From a virus, in IMG/VR virus record IMGVR_UViG_3300047160_035982, positions 13-64,012 of that record: a stretch of 64,000 bases of DNA, one strand, 5' to 3'. The notes beneath the pieces are model-generated. The model saw nothing but the letters and a program-made list of their open reading frames with translations, made no database searches and was not told the DNA's origin. A program made the position numbers and the translations under genes. This document shows, in pieces, positions 29,946 through 39,317 of the stretch (position 1 is the first letter of the stretch; each line of letters begins with the position of its first letter).

Positions 29946-30051
29946 AAAGCGCAATTCGCAACCGGGCCGTACCTCGCGTCAGATGACACGGGGCAGGCCC
30001 CGAAACCGTAACCCGGTTCAGAAGCCCCCACCGCCGACCCCCAGTCGCATC
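29946..30051 (-). repeat. Long inverted repeat, copy 1 (partner at 33144-33261)
   Basis: 72-nt core 29946-30017 matches the reverse complement of 33190-33261 at 66/72; looser similarity extends to the terL stop codon. Confidence 0.85.
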
Positions 30052-32032
30052 ACGAAACCGGCCGGTTGATCGCTCCGAAGCCTCTAGGCCGAGCAGGCGG
30101 TGGCGATGAGGAGGGCGGTGGCGTCGCTGCTGGCGTGGTGAATACCGAGCCTTGAGCGCCGTAAGGCGACGGTTGCACGACCTCACCCGTCCGGGCGGCT
30201 TCGGCCTCAGAGTAAATGTCGCGTGCCATCTGATCGAGCCGGATACCGGTCCACGGCAGGCTCAACGCTGCCAGATTGTACACCCGCAGATCGAACGGCT
30301 CGTTGCGCTGGGAGAGGCGCTTGATCCAGATGTAGGTACGAAACCCGTGCCTTGATTTCACAATCCGCTGCTCGGCAGTCAGGCCTCGGAAGTATTCCTC
30401 GTCGTACCCCCGCGCCGGTTCGCCGTTGGCTAAGGCTGGGAAATGGCAGTAGCCAGGTCCTGGCTTGGCGACCATCAGGCGCCTGATGATTTCTTCTTTG
30501 CCGGTATCAACCCCCAACGTAATCAGGTGCGCACGGTTGCTCTTGGTCAAGATCCCGGCTGACTTGATCAGCGGTTTGCCCATCCCGCCCTCGCCACGAA
30601 CCGAGATGGCGCGGGGCTGGCGCGGTTTGGTGTAAGCATAGACGTGATCGGACGCGAAGTTGGAATCGACCGGCATCCGGCGCACCCGCATCTTTTTTTG
30701 GTCCGCGCAAACGAACAAGCGCTTGAACACGGCAACGTCGAGCAGCTCCCAGACCTCGGGCTCGCGTGGGTTGCCGTCCAGAATCCCGTACTCGATCCCC
30801 CACGATTCTCTGCCCCGACCCCAGCCGACCACCTCATAGTTGAGCTGGTTGTCGCCAACGTCTACGGCTGCGGTCAACACCAGCACGCCGTCCGGCACCT
30901 CGGCGTCGTACACTTCCCGGCGCTCGGCATAGAGATCGACCTCGACCTTCTGGCCCTTGTCCTCATGCAGGATGCCCAGCCGCGTGTTCCGGAAAGCTTT
31001 CAAGGGCTCGATGTCGCCCTCCTCGTTGGCTTGCGCTGCGCTCACAAATTCTTCGACCAGCTCTTCCCACTCGATCCAGGGCGAGTACAGCCCGCTTAAG
31101 AAAAAGCCTCGGGTCTTGACCGTCCGGTTACGTGAATCGATCGGGCGATGCGGACGCCATTCGCCGTAGGCGCTCATCGCTAGCCAGACGTATTTCTCGG
31201 CAAAGTGGTTACAGGCCACGCAACGGTGGCAAAGATCGCTGAACCTGATCCGGTCCCAGTTCAAGATCTGGAACTCGTTACAGTGCGTGCAGGGCAAGTA
31301 CCAGTGTTCCTGCGTGCTCATCTTCATCTCGCGCTCGATGTGGCTGATGCCAGCGATACCGGGGCTCGACACGATAACGATCTTGCGGTTCCAGAATGCG
31401 CTGGTGCGTGCGATAGCCAGCCGGATCGGGTTGCCTTCCGTTCCCGCGCTCCGCGGATAACGGTCAACGTCATCCAACAGGACCACCCGGACCGGCCGTC
31501 CCGAAAGGCTCGCCGCTGAGTTGGCTCCACCGATCTGCACGTAGCCGCCTCGGAACGCTTTCCGATAAATCGTGTTAGATGAGTCGCGGGACGCGGGCTC
31601 GGCGATTCGCCCCCGAAGTCTTGGGCTGTCCCGTAGCATCGGGGCCAGCCGGTCTGTCGAAAAGGCGCTGGCCAGTTCTAAGGTCGGTTGTACGACCAGA
31701 ATCGGACACGGATCCTGATCGATATAGTAGCCAATCGGGTTCAGGATCGCGCAATCGGTTGCCCCAACCTGGGCAGCTTTCTGGATCACGACACGCGGAG
31801 TCAGCGGATCAGAGATTGCGTCCATGATCTCTTTCTCGTACTGCGCCTTTGCCGTTACCCACGCGCCCGTCTCGGCGCTCGATTCCGGAGAGAGTATCCG
31901 ATAGGCGTCGCTCCATTCCGAGAGCGGCATACGGGACGGAGGGCGCAGGAGCCCGGAGATTCGCTTGAACAGATCAGAGGTGTTGAAGAAGGAAGCGCGA
32001 ACCTCACACCTCTCCGGTGCCTGCCTGGGCAT
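30050..32032 (-). CDS. terL: Terminase large subunit (GpA family)
   Basis: QKAAQVGAT, VVLLDDVDRYP, IVIVSSP, LTAAVDV, NEPFDLRVY; start re-called at ATG 32032. Confidence 0.92.
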   Translation of the reverse strand: MPRQAPERCEVRASFFNTSDLFKRISGLLRPPSRMPLSEWSDAYRILSPESSAETGAWVTAKAQYEKEIMDAISDPLTPRVVIQKAAQVGATDCAILNPIGYYIDQDPCPILVVQPTLELASAFSTDRLAPMLRDSPRLRGRIAEPASRDSSNTIYRKAFRGGYVQIGGANSAASLSGRPVRVVLLDDVDRYPRSAGTEGNPIRLAIARTSAFWNRKIVIVSSPGIAGISHIEREMKMSTQEHWYLPCTHCNEFQILNWDRIRFSDLCHRCVACNHFAEKYVWLAMSAYGEWRPHRPIDSRNRTVKTRGFFLSGLYSPWIEWEELVEEFVSAAQANEEGDIEPLKAFRNTRLGILHEDKGQKVEVDLYAERREVYDAEVPDGVLVLTAAVDVGDNQLNYEVVGWGRGRESWGIEYGILDGNPREPEVWELLDVAVFKRLFVCADQKKMRVRRMPVDSNFASDHVYAYTKPRQPRAISVRGEGGMGKPLIKSAGILTKSNRAHLITLGVDTGKEEIIRRLMVAKPGPGYCHFPALANGEPARGYDEEYFRGLTAEQRIVKSRHGFRTYIWIKRLSQRNEPFDLRVYNLAALSLPWTGIRLDQMARDIYSEAEAARTGEVVQPSPYGAQGSVFTTPAATPPPSSSPPPARPRGFGAINRPVS

Positions 32033-32621
32033 CGTTCCAATCCTCCTCGTGGTCCTGCGGGTGCTCCCCGTTGCCGTTGCCGTTCGGCAGACCGGCATCA
32101 ACGCTCGCTAGGTATTGCTCGTTCTGTTCCGCGAAATCAGCCGGGTTATACTCGGCCAGCTCTTTTAGCGCCTGCTCAATCTCGCCGTACAGCAGCGCGT
32201 AGATTTCTTGGAACGCGGTCTTGCCCAGCAACAGTCGCGTGGTTCGCGCCGGGATTGCCAACAACCTGCTCTTGACCGCAGTCAACATCGCGCACATCAA
32301 AAACTCCACGTCTTGGCTCCGGTGCAACTGACGTTTGTAAAGCCGAAGCTTCAGCGCGGACATCTCGGCCTCGTGCGCCATTTTCTGGTTCCGAAGCTGG
32401 GCGTAAGCTTTCCCCTCTGCGTCATCGAGCCGTGCGGCTTCCCGTAAATACTGGCAGTAGGCACGGACATTGGTCACTAAATCGTACCGGCCTTTGATCG
32501 GCACCCCGTGCTCATCGATCCAGCGGACCAGGACGCCGGCTGCGGTCAGCCGGAAAACGTGCCGGACCGTGATATCAAACAGGACCGAAAGCTGGTCAGC
32601 AGTGGCGACATTTGTGGCCAT
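32004..32621 (-). CDS. terS: Terminase small subunit (Nu1-like)
   Basis: N-terminal wHTH-like region, GRYDLVTNVRAYCQYLR, coiled coil; directly upstream of terL. Confidence 0.85.
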   Translation of the reverse strand: MATNVATADQLSVLFDITVRHVFRLTAAGVLVRWIDEHGVPIKGRYDLVTNVRAYCQYLREAARLDDAEGKAYAQLRNQKMAHEAEMSALKLRLYKRQLHRSQDVEFLMCAMLTAVKSRLLAIPARTTRLLLGKTAFQEIYALLYGEIEQALKELAEYNPADFAEQNEQYLASVDAGLPNGNGNGEHPQDHEEDWNDAQAGTGEV

Positions 32622-32666
32622 TGTGGGTCAAAACTGCGGTGACATGGCGTTTGGCGATTTTAATTC

Positions 32667-32927
32667 CTAACGAATCTTGGGTGCTGTCTCCGCCCGCTGT
32701 CGTTTTGGCCTTGGGAAGAACCTAAACCGGGGGACAAAAAATTTTTCGGGCGGCGAATGGCTGGGTGGCGAAAGGCGTTTTGTTTTGCTTTGGCAAAGCA
32801 TTAGTTGCGGCTTGAGATCCTCAAGCCAGCAATCGTCATCGCAGCGCGTTGGCAGCTTGCCTTTCAGCCAATCGAACATGCGACTAACATCGAGGGAACT
32901 TTCAGCGATGATTACATGAGGTTTCAT
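32667..32927 (-). CDS. Hypothetical protein
   Basis: 86-aa coupled ORF. Confidence 0.35.
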   Translation of the reverse strand: MKPHVIIAESSLDVSRMFDWLKGKLPTRCDDDCWLEDLKPQLMLCQSKTKRLSPPSHSPPEKFFVPRFRFFPRPKRQRAETAPKIR

Positions 32928-33115
32928 CGTCTCCTCTTCCTCGCTCTTGCTTGTGCTGCACGCCGGGTAGTGAACGCAGCCCCGACCGCCATCGAACGCG
33001 CCTTGGCTTTGGAGTAACCGCGTGCGCGGAAATCGCGATAGAACGTTCTGACGTTTTTGTGGAACGCTTCCTTACTTGCGCTTTTGATGTAGGGCATAAG
33101 CACTCCTGCCCCCAC
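32924..33115 (-). CDS. Small, very basic phage protein
   Basis: MPYIKSASKEAFHKNVR...AVGAAF, R/K-rich. Confidence 0.55.
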   Translation of the reverse strand: MGAGVLMPYIKSASKEAFHKNVRTFYRDFRARGYSKAKARSMAVGAAFTTRRAAQARARKRRR

Positions 33116-33143
33116 CCACCCCTCACCCCTACCCGGTACCCCG

Positions 33144-33261
33144 GATGCGACCGGGGGTAGGAGGTGGGGGTTGGGGCTGGGGCCTCGGGACCGGGTTACG
33201 GGTCCGGGGCCTGCCCCGCATCATTTGACGCGAGGTACGGCCCGGTTGCGAATTGGGCTTT
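33144..33261 (+). repeat. Long inverted repeat, copy 2 (includes a G-rich insert)
   Basis: See copy 1; G-runs at 33153-57, 33166-70, 33173-76, 33179-82. Confidence 0.85.
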
Positions 33262-33269
33262 ACCGACAT

Positions 33270-33539
33270 TTACCGTCTCCGTTTGCGAAGCCCGGAGACT
33301 TCGATGGACGGCCACTTGCGATGCACGGCTCGCCTGACGGCGGTTTTCTCGGCGGGGCTGCCGTGTTGAGCAACCCTGGTCAATGCGTTCCTCGCCCGCC
33401 CGAGTGTATCGATCGGGTAGCGACCTTTAACTCCCTTTGGTGTATCCCTGTTAGGCGGCAGCGCGAAGCTGCTGCGTGCTAACCGCTTTCGTCTGGCTGC
33501 GGTTAACTCTGGTGAACGGGCACGGGCTCGACGCCTCAT
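33270..33539 (-). CDS. Small basic phage protein
   Basis: LTAARRKRLARSSFALP...YPIDT...ARNALTRVAQHGSPAEK, a pattern recalled from phage hypothetical proteins. Confidence 0.6.
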   Translation of the reverse strand: MRRRARARSPELTAARRKRLARSSFALPPNRDTPKGVKGRYPIDTLGRARNALTRVAQHGSPAEKTAVRRAVHRKWPSIEVSGLRKRRR

Positions 33540-33612
33540 TTCCTAACGTTGCTCCTTTCTGGGTTAACCCGAGTGGCAGAATGCGTCCTAATGCGGGAAC
33601 GGTCAAGCCGTT

Positions 33613-33819
33613 CTACGTAGAACACTGGTCGTGTTCGATAGTCTCCTCGTCCATCAGGATGTCGTGCGCGACGCTGAACAGTGCGCCTACCATCTGACGG
33701 ACGGTCAACTGATGCTCATGCCGTTGTACCACCACCATCAGATCAGTGATGAAGGCGGTTTCCTGCCCCATCATCTGAACAATGTTAGCGCTGCTTTGCT
33801 GCTTCTGCTTCTTGCTCAT
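33613..33819 (-). CDS. Hypothetical protein
   Basis: 68-aa coupled ORF. Confidence 0.4.
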   Translation of the reverse strand: MSKKQKQQSSANIVQMMGQETAFITDLMVVVQRHEHQLTVRQMVGALFSVAHDILMDEETIEHDQCST

Positions 33820-34472
33820 CGGTTCAAAAGGAGTGCGTAGTTGCGGTCACCTAACCGGTAAGCCTTTACCGCACGGGAGAGCTTGGAGAGGATTCGGCGC
33901 AGGCCCTCAGCGGAGAGGTCGAAATCGATAATGTGCTCTGCTGGAATACCGAGCCGCAAGCCGTAACTGATGCCTGGACGCGGCGTGATAAAGATGAACT
34001 GCCAGCCGCGTGCCTGAGCGTCAGCAATCATTCCGATGACCTCGTTCAAGCTGTATTTACTTGAGGAGTTCTCAAACCCATCGGTGAAGATGGCAACCAG
34101 CACACGGGCGTTAACGCCTCCCCCATGTCCGATCTGATGGATCATCGCGCCGATGCCGTCTAGGAGCGCAGTGTTACCCTCCGGGGAATAGTTGCCGTGA
34201 TCGAGTCTAGCTACCTGACTGATCGGCACATCATCGGCCAGCGTTTTAACCAAATGATTGAACAGGTTCAGGCTGGCGCTAACGTTCGGCGCGGTCTGTT
34301 CAGCCAAGACGGCGTTAAAACAACGGATGAGTTCAGCCGAGAGGTCGTGCATCGAAGCTGAGCGATCAATGACAAAACCCAATCTCAGCGGGAGCGAGAG
34401 ATCAACCTCGGACCCTGATTGCAGGTTCTGAACATCCGACGATTTAGGTATTTTTTTGCTTTTAACTGCCAT
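33816..34472 (-). CDS. von Willebrand factor A domain protein
   Basis: Complete MIDAS: DRSASM, TALLDG, IFTDGFENSS; start re-called at ATG 34472. Confidence 0.8.
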   Translation of the reverse strand: MAVKSKKIPKSSDVQNLQSGSEVDLSLPLRLGFVIDRSASMHDLSAELIRCFNAVLAEQTAPNVSASLNLFNHLVKTLADDVPISQVARLDHGNYSPEGNTALLDGIGAMIHQIGHGGGVNARVLVAIFTDGFENSSSKYSLNEVIGMIADAQARGWQFIFITPRPGISYGLRLGIPAEHIIDFDLSAEGLRRILSKLSRAVKAYRLGDRNYALLLNR

Positions 34473-34526
34473 AGTTAGTTTTCCACAAGTTGTTAGTTCA
34501 CGTGGAAAAAGTGCGTGGACGTGGAC

Positions 34527-34648
34527 TAAGTGTGTGAGGGAGGGAAACTCTATCCCTATATTCCTTTCCACTAGTCCACACACACCTTATAGGGTGTGGA
34601 CTGGTGGAAAGGAATAGGGGGATAGATTTCCCCCAACGCACACACTTA
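34527..34648. other. Long imperfect palindrome, putative replication origin
   Basis: Arms ~55 nt incl. TATTCCTTTCCACTAGTCCACAC / GTGTGGACTGGTGGAAAGGAATA (1 mismatch); directly downstream of the primase-helicase gene. Confidence 0.55.
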
Positions 34649-34667
34649 AGTTGTCTTTCCACACCTT

Positions 34668-36653
34668 TTACTTTTTCTGAACGTACTTGATTCGGTTCTC
34701 AGTGGTTTCGATCAGGCGATCGTTACCAAGGAGGATTTGAAAGATTTCATAGGCGCGTGACTTTGCGCAGAACGCCCGCCCGTTCGAACCGGGCTTAGTC
34801 AGCCGGTCCATAAACTCGGCCTTTGGAATCACCTCAAGGAGAGTGAGGAATTTCAGCGCGACCTCCGGATCGATGTATTTGTTTTGGGCCTGGGCCTGAG
34901 CGGATTTGCGGGCTGCTTTGAGATCGGCCGGGTCCAGCGTATCATCCCTGAAAAAGAGCGGGTACTGCCACCGGATCGCGAACGGCTTGACCGGCTCATG
35001 GTTGCGGACGTAGGGCTCGATGGAAAAACAGTCTGCGGTTGCCAGCGGTGTGATAGGAAAGAGCGTGTCAGGGTCACGCTGGAACACGCCCGACCCGCTG
35101 GCCCGATCAATGGCCTCCTTGTTAGCCTGATTCCCTTTGGAATAATGATGGCTTGAGGCATTGGCGCCTTCCACCAGCTCGACGATCTCTTCCAGTTGAT
35201 CCAGCACGGTCTGCACGTCGCCGGTATGCAGCTCGTTGCCGCGCCCCATCAGTTTGTAGAGCGGATCATTCAGGATCAGCGGGTGCGCCAGGACTTTGCA
35301 CTCCTCGATCAGGGCGAGCTTGAACGCGGCCCAGCGGTCGGGCTCATAGAGCCGCGCACCGCGCAGATGCCAGACCGTGAAGAGCTCCGGCACCGGGATA
35401 TGGTGCGCTGCGGCCACCTCGCGAACCCGCATTTCGAAGAACGGCCGTGGGATCTCAAGGTTGAGGTAAATGACCGGCGTCTGAACGGTCTTGAAGCCCC
35501 ACCAGGGAAGTCCTGCCGCAACACTGATCCCCAGGTCGATCAGTACCCAGCTCTTGGAACTTTTGCTGCCGCCCGCCAACTGGAATTTCTCGCCGCGTGA
35601 AAGCAGCCCTTCGATGATCACGGGTGGCAACGGGAGCCGGGTGCGCTGAATGTCTTTACCCATGATCAATGGCGGTGGGAAATTTGAGCGGTAAACCCGA
35701 GCCGCGAAGAACGCTTCGACGATGCGAACCGGGCCCTCGGGCGTTTGGAGCCATTCGTTAACGTCATGGTGGTCGGGCGGTACGATGATCCACTTGAAGC
35801 AATGCACGACTTTGAGCGCTTCCAGCCATGCGCGGCCCGGTTCATCGTTCTGACCGACCGCGTAAAGCTCGCCCGTGAACGTGAGCTGCCCGACCAGCGC
35901 GGCGTTACCCGCGCCCCTAGTGGTGACGCCGGCGATTCTTTCGCCATTGTGGATCCCCATTGTGTCCAAGACACCGAACAGATCCCACTGGCTTTCGCTG
36001 CCGATGACCCAGGTGGCATCGGTGAGATCGCCGACGACCAACGGGGTTAGCGACATCCCCAGGCTTTTGAGCGTCGGGATAAACTGCCACTTGTTTTTGT
36101 CGAGCCGTTTGTGGATCGCAACGATCTCGCCCCTCGCGTTCTTGACCGGGATCACCCAGCATGGGCCGGATCTTCCAATGTAGCGCTCGTCAGCCAGCCA
36201 CTGGCAAAAGGCCAGCGAGTAACCGCGCCACGCGACCAGCTCCTCCAGCTGTTTCGCGCCCGGTTTATAGTCGCGATCCCAGTCGATCACGATTGCTTGC
36301 GTGTTGGGCTGCGATGAATTTGGCCGATACTGATGCGCCGGGTTCGGCCCGGTGCCGTTCCAGATCGGTACGCCCAAGGCGCGACCGATCGCCTCGGCGG
36401 CACCCGCCAGATCGAGCCCTAGCGCCGCTACGAGCGCATCCAAGAACGAACCGCTCTGCTGTGTGGCAAAATCGATGAACACCCCGGCCTTCTCGCCCTC
36501 CAGCTCGAATTTGAGCGATTCACCCGGGTCACCTCTCAGGTTGCCGATCAGCCATTCATGGCCGACACGTTTCCCAGCCGGGAAAAAGTGTCTGCACAGC
36601 AATTCGGGCCGCTCACGGATAAGCCGGTGCACGATGCCCCAGTCAATCCGCAT
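34668..36653 (-). CDS. Primase-helicase (C-terminal RepA-like/AAA_25 helicase)
   Basis: N-terminal FFPAGKRVGHEWLIG, Toprim-like ESQWD, Walker A AGGSKSSKS, ILNDPLYKL, HHYSKG, RASGSG. Confidence 0.8.
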   Translation of the reverse strand: MRIDWGIVHRLIRERPELLCRHFFPAGKRVGHEWLIGNLRGDPGESLKFELEGEKAGVFIDFATQQSGSFLDALVAALGLDLAGAAEAIGRALGVPIWNGTGPNPAHQYRPNSSQPNTQAIVIDWDRDYKPGAKQLEELVAWRGYSLAFCQWLADERYIGRSGPCWVIPVKNARGEIVAIHKRLDKNKWQFIPTLKSLGMSLTPLVVGDLTDATWVIGSESQWDLFGVLDTMGIHNGERIAGVTTRGAGNAALVGQLTFTGELYAVGQNDEPGRAWLEALKVVHCFKWIIVPPDHHDVNEWLQTPEGPVRIVEAFFAARVYRSNFPPPLIMGKDIQRTRLPLPPVIIEGLLSRGEKFQLAGGSKSSKSWVLIDLGISVAAGLPWWGFKTVQTPVIYLNLEIPRPFFEMRVREVAAAHHIPVPELFTVWHLRGARLYEPDRWAAFKLALIEECKVLAHPLILNDPLYKLMGRGNELHTGDVQTVLDQLEEIVELVEGANASSHHYSKGNQANKEAIDRASGSGVFQRDPDTLFPITPLATADCFSIEPYVRNHEPVKPFAIRWQYPLFFRDDTLDPADLKAARKSAQAQAQNKYIDPEVALKFLTLLEVIPKAEFMDRLTKPGSNGRAFCAKSRAYEIFQILLGNDRLIETTENRIKYVQKK

Positions 36654-36681
36654 AGTTTCAGACTCCGTTCGTTTTAACTTT

Positions 36682-37014
36682 CTATTGGTCTAAAAAATTC
36701 TCGATCTCCTCCAGCAGACTCGGGAACTTGGTCCCGTTCTCGCGCATGTCGTGCGACAGCCAGCGGAGGTAGGATGGCGGGATGTCCTTGAACTCTTTGC
36801 CCTTGTGTTTTCCGAACGGCATCGTGCACAGCCCGTAATCTGGTGCCCAATACTCAGGTGGTCGCTGACCGTTCTCGCCGAAAATCTGCTCCAGGGTCAG
36901 GCCCTCTTTGCGCCACTGCTCGACTACCATCCTAGCGGCGTTAGCGATCTCACCGGGCTGCGCTGCCGGGTCAAGTGCCAGGCGCATCAGTTTCTGTTGC
37001 TGCTCGGTCAACAT
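36682..37014 (-). CDS. DUF3820/QSregVF_b-like small protein
   Basis: MPFGKHKGKEFKDIPPSYLRWL. Confidence 0.65.
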   Translation of the reverse strand: MLTEQQQKLMRLALDPAAQPGEIANAARMVVEQWRKEGLTLEQIFGENGQRPPEYWAPDYGLCTMPFGKHKGKEFKDIPPSYLRWLSHDMRENGTKFPSLLEEIENFLDQ

Positions 37015-37292
37015 GCTGCTTCAAGCGTGTCCGGCGCTTGCCCAGTCTTACCAATTTGCGGTTCTGCTCCTTCCTAATCTTGGCAAGTAGCCGGAAGGCG
37101 CGTGCCCATTTGAATCTCATAAGATTGTCCAGTGTAGATCCCAACGCCGACAACAGTGGAGCACCTGGGCCAGCGTCAGGTGCCGCAGCCGTTTCCAGAT
37201 CGGCGCGTAGCGCTTGACCCGGTAGGTGGCGCCGTCGAACACGATGCCGCCGCAGGAGGTCGGCGTTTCAATTCGAAGCAGGATTTCACGTT

Positions 37293-38018
37293 TCACCAGA
37301 AGACCAGTTCATCCTCTGCCGTAGCTCCTTCATCTTCGGCCTGCGGTTGCGCCACTTTGGGTTCACCCTCGTCAGGGTTAGCGGCGAAGAGCCCGAACCG
37401 TTCCGCGATGCTCCAGGTAAGGAAAAGATCCTTTTCCAGATAGGCCCGAGCTGCGGCTTTATCCGCGTAGAGCAGTTGGGCGAACCCGGCCCCGGAACCG
37501 TCCTTGTTGCCCAGCCCCAGAAACCGGGCCAGCCGGTCAAGGCTGATCAGTTCCTTCTCGTAAGCGCACAAGCGCCAAACTTGAGCCAGATCAATAAAGT
37601 TGCTGGACAGGTAACGCCCGTTGACCAGCCAGCGCGGCGGCTGAATTCCCAGCGCCCAGGCCCGACGCACCACAAACGGGAGATCGAACTGGGCGATGTT
37701 AAAGCCGATCCACCAGCCGGCGTTGTCATGACAGAAGTAATCGAACAGGGACCGGATCAGCTTTTCTTCCTCGCTGAAATCCACCCGCAAATCCCGCTTG
37801 TTCGGACCCAGGATGCCGACCGCCGCGACCCGGCCGGTGAGCGGACTCAACGCGGCCCGCTCATAACAACGGTTCTCGTGCTCGCGCCTCTTGGCCTCGA
37901 TCTTCTCGGGATCCTTGAGGTTGCCAAGCTTGACAGCCTCACCCAGATCCATCTCAGCGAGCTGGTCGTCCGGCAGCGGGACTGTCTCGATATCGAAAAC
38001 GTAAAAATTCGGTGTCAT
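37293..38018 (-). CDS. DEDD 3'-5' exonuclease (PolB-exo-like)
   Basis: VFDIET, GFNIAQFDLPF, YLEKDL. Confidence 0.85.
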   Translation of the reverse strand: MTPNFYVFDIETVPLPDDQLAEMDLGEAVKLGNLKDPEKIEAKRREHENRCYERAALSPLTGRVAAVGILGPNKRDLRVDFSEEEKLIRSLFDYFCHDNAGWWIGFNIAQFDLPFVVRRAWALGIQPPRWLVNGRYLSSNFIDLAQVWRLCAYEKELISLDRLARFLGLGNKDGSGAGFAQLLYADKAAARAYLEKDLFLTWSIAERFGLFAANPDEGEPKVAQPQAEDEGATAEDELVFW

Positions 38019-38021
38019 TGG

Positions 38022-38489
38022 CTAGAACGGGATGTCATCGGGTTCGATGTCCGGTCCGGCCTTGACGATGGCCCTGGTCGTGCCGTCCGCGTTTTTCCAA
38101 ATGTAATAGGCGACCTTGTTAACAGGTTTGCCCGCCAGCCTTCCCATCTGCGCTGTTTCTACCTTGAGCATCAACTCCCCACGCGCACCGACCAGATGAC
38201 CTTTTGACAGATCCGCCCGTTCACCCGATTTCGGGTTGCGCCCGATACATTTGAGAAATGAGGCGATGTTGTCGTAGGGTCCGGCCTTACCGATCCCGGC
38301 GCTCGGGTTATCGTAGAGCGGCACTTTCTCCGGCCCGACCGCAAGTTTGACCGGCAGCACGGTGTTGCCATTGCGCGACGTGTACGGCTCGCTGATGACA
38401 TCAGTGACTTGGAACGGGTACTGGCCCTCGGGCAACGGTCCGAAGGTGGGCTGAACAGGTTCATGATAAACGTAGTCAGTTTGATCCAT
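38022..38489 (-). CDS. Putative single-stranded DNA-binding protein (DUF669-like)
   Basis: PLPEGQYPFQVTD; acidic tail EPDDIPF; follows Sak4-like gene. Confidence 0.75.
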   Translation of the reverse strand: MDQTDYVYHEPVQPTFGPLPEGQYPFQVTDVISEPYTSRNGNTVLPVKLAVGPEKVPLYDNPSAGIGKAGPYDNIASFLKCIGRNPKSGERADLSKGHLVGARGELMLKVETAQMGRLAGKPVNKVAYYIWKNADGTTRAIVKAGPDIEPDDIPF

Positions 38490-39294
38490 TTTTTGGTTCC
38501 TCGGGTTTAGGGGTTTCCTCGGTGGGATTTAAGTCGTAAAAAGTGCGGATGGCCTTAGCCAGGGGTGCCCATTCCAGCGGCATCTCGAATGGGAGGCTGA
38601 ACCGGTTCTTGGCTTCCAGAAACGCGGGCCGGAACTCGGTATACATCACCCGCGTTCCATCGGTAAGCGCACGGACTTCCTTGGTTTTCTTGTCGCGGAT
38701 CAGGTCGGTCCTGAACGTGCAGAACAGCATCAGGTCGACCGCCTCCCGAATGACGCCAGCAGCTTTTTCGTTGATCTTGAGCTGGTAGCGGTCATAGCCG
38801 CTGGCCTGATTCGGGTCTTGAAACGTCTTAACGGCGACGTGGCCGGTTAAGAGCACGTGATACCTGGGCACCAACACGGTCGCCAGCTCGTGCAGGATAG
38901 AGCGCCAGATCTCCATCGCCCGCACATAGCCCAGGCCGTAGCCGCCCCCGTAATCGCCAATCGATTCCACCTTGCCCTCGTAACAGACCTGTCGCCAGAT
39001 CAAATCTTCGAGCGCATCCACGGTGTCGAGCACGATGGTTTTAAACGGGTGTTTTTCGGTTGAGAGTCCGCGGAGCTGGGCCAGAAAATCAGCCAGCGTC
39101 TGCGCCTTTGGGAAGCGGGACACGGGCAACTGATACGTGCCGCTTTCCAGCCCGAGAAAGACCGGCGAGGGTGCCTTGCTTGCCAGGGTGGTTTTGCCGA
39201 CTCCCGGCAGGCCTGAAATTAAAGCGTAGATGGGCCGGATAATTTTGCCGTTGGTGATCCCGGCCAAAGCCCCGGTTAGTTGGGGTTTATCCAT
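38476..39294 (-). CDS. Sak4-like ATPase/recombinase (AAA_24)
   Basis: GLPGVGKTT, TIVLDTVD, LLTGHVAVK, EAKNRFSLP. Confidence 0.85.
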   Translation of the reverse strand: MDKPQLTGALAGITNGKIIRPIYALISGLPGVGKTTLASKAPSPVFLGLESGTYQLPVSRFPKAQTLADFLAQLRGLSTEKHPFKTIVLDTVDALEDLIWRQVCYEGKVESIGDYGGGYGLGYVRAMEIWRSILHELATVLVPRYHVLLTGHVAVKTFQDPNQASGYDRYQLKINEKAAGVIREAVDLMLFCTFRTDLIRDKKTKEVRALTDGTRVMYTEFRPAFLEAKNRFSLPFEMPLEWAPLAKAIRTFYDLNPTEETPKPEEPKNGSN

Positions 39295-39317
39295 GAGAAA
39301 AGCAGTGCCTTTCCTTG

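Noticed and set aside
29946-30051. HDV-like or hammerhead ribozyme in the inverted repeat
   Set aside because: Could not fit the P1/P1.1/P3 pseudoknot or the CUGAUGA/GAAA core on either strand.
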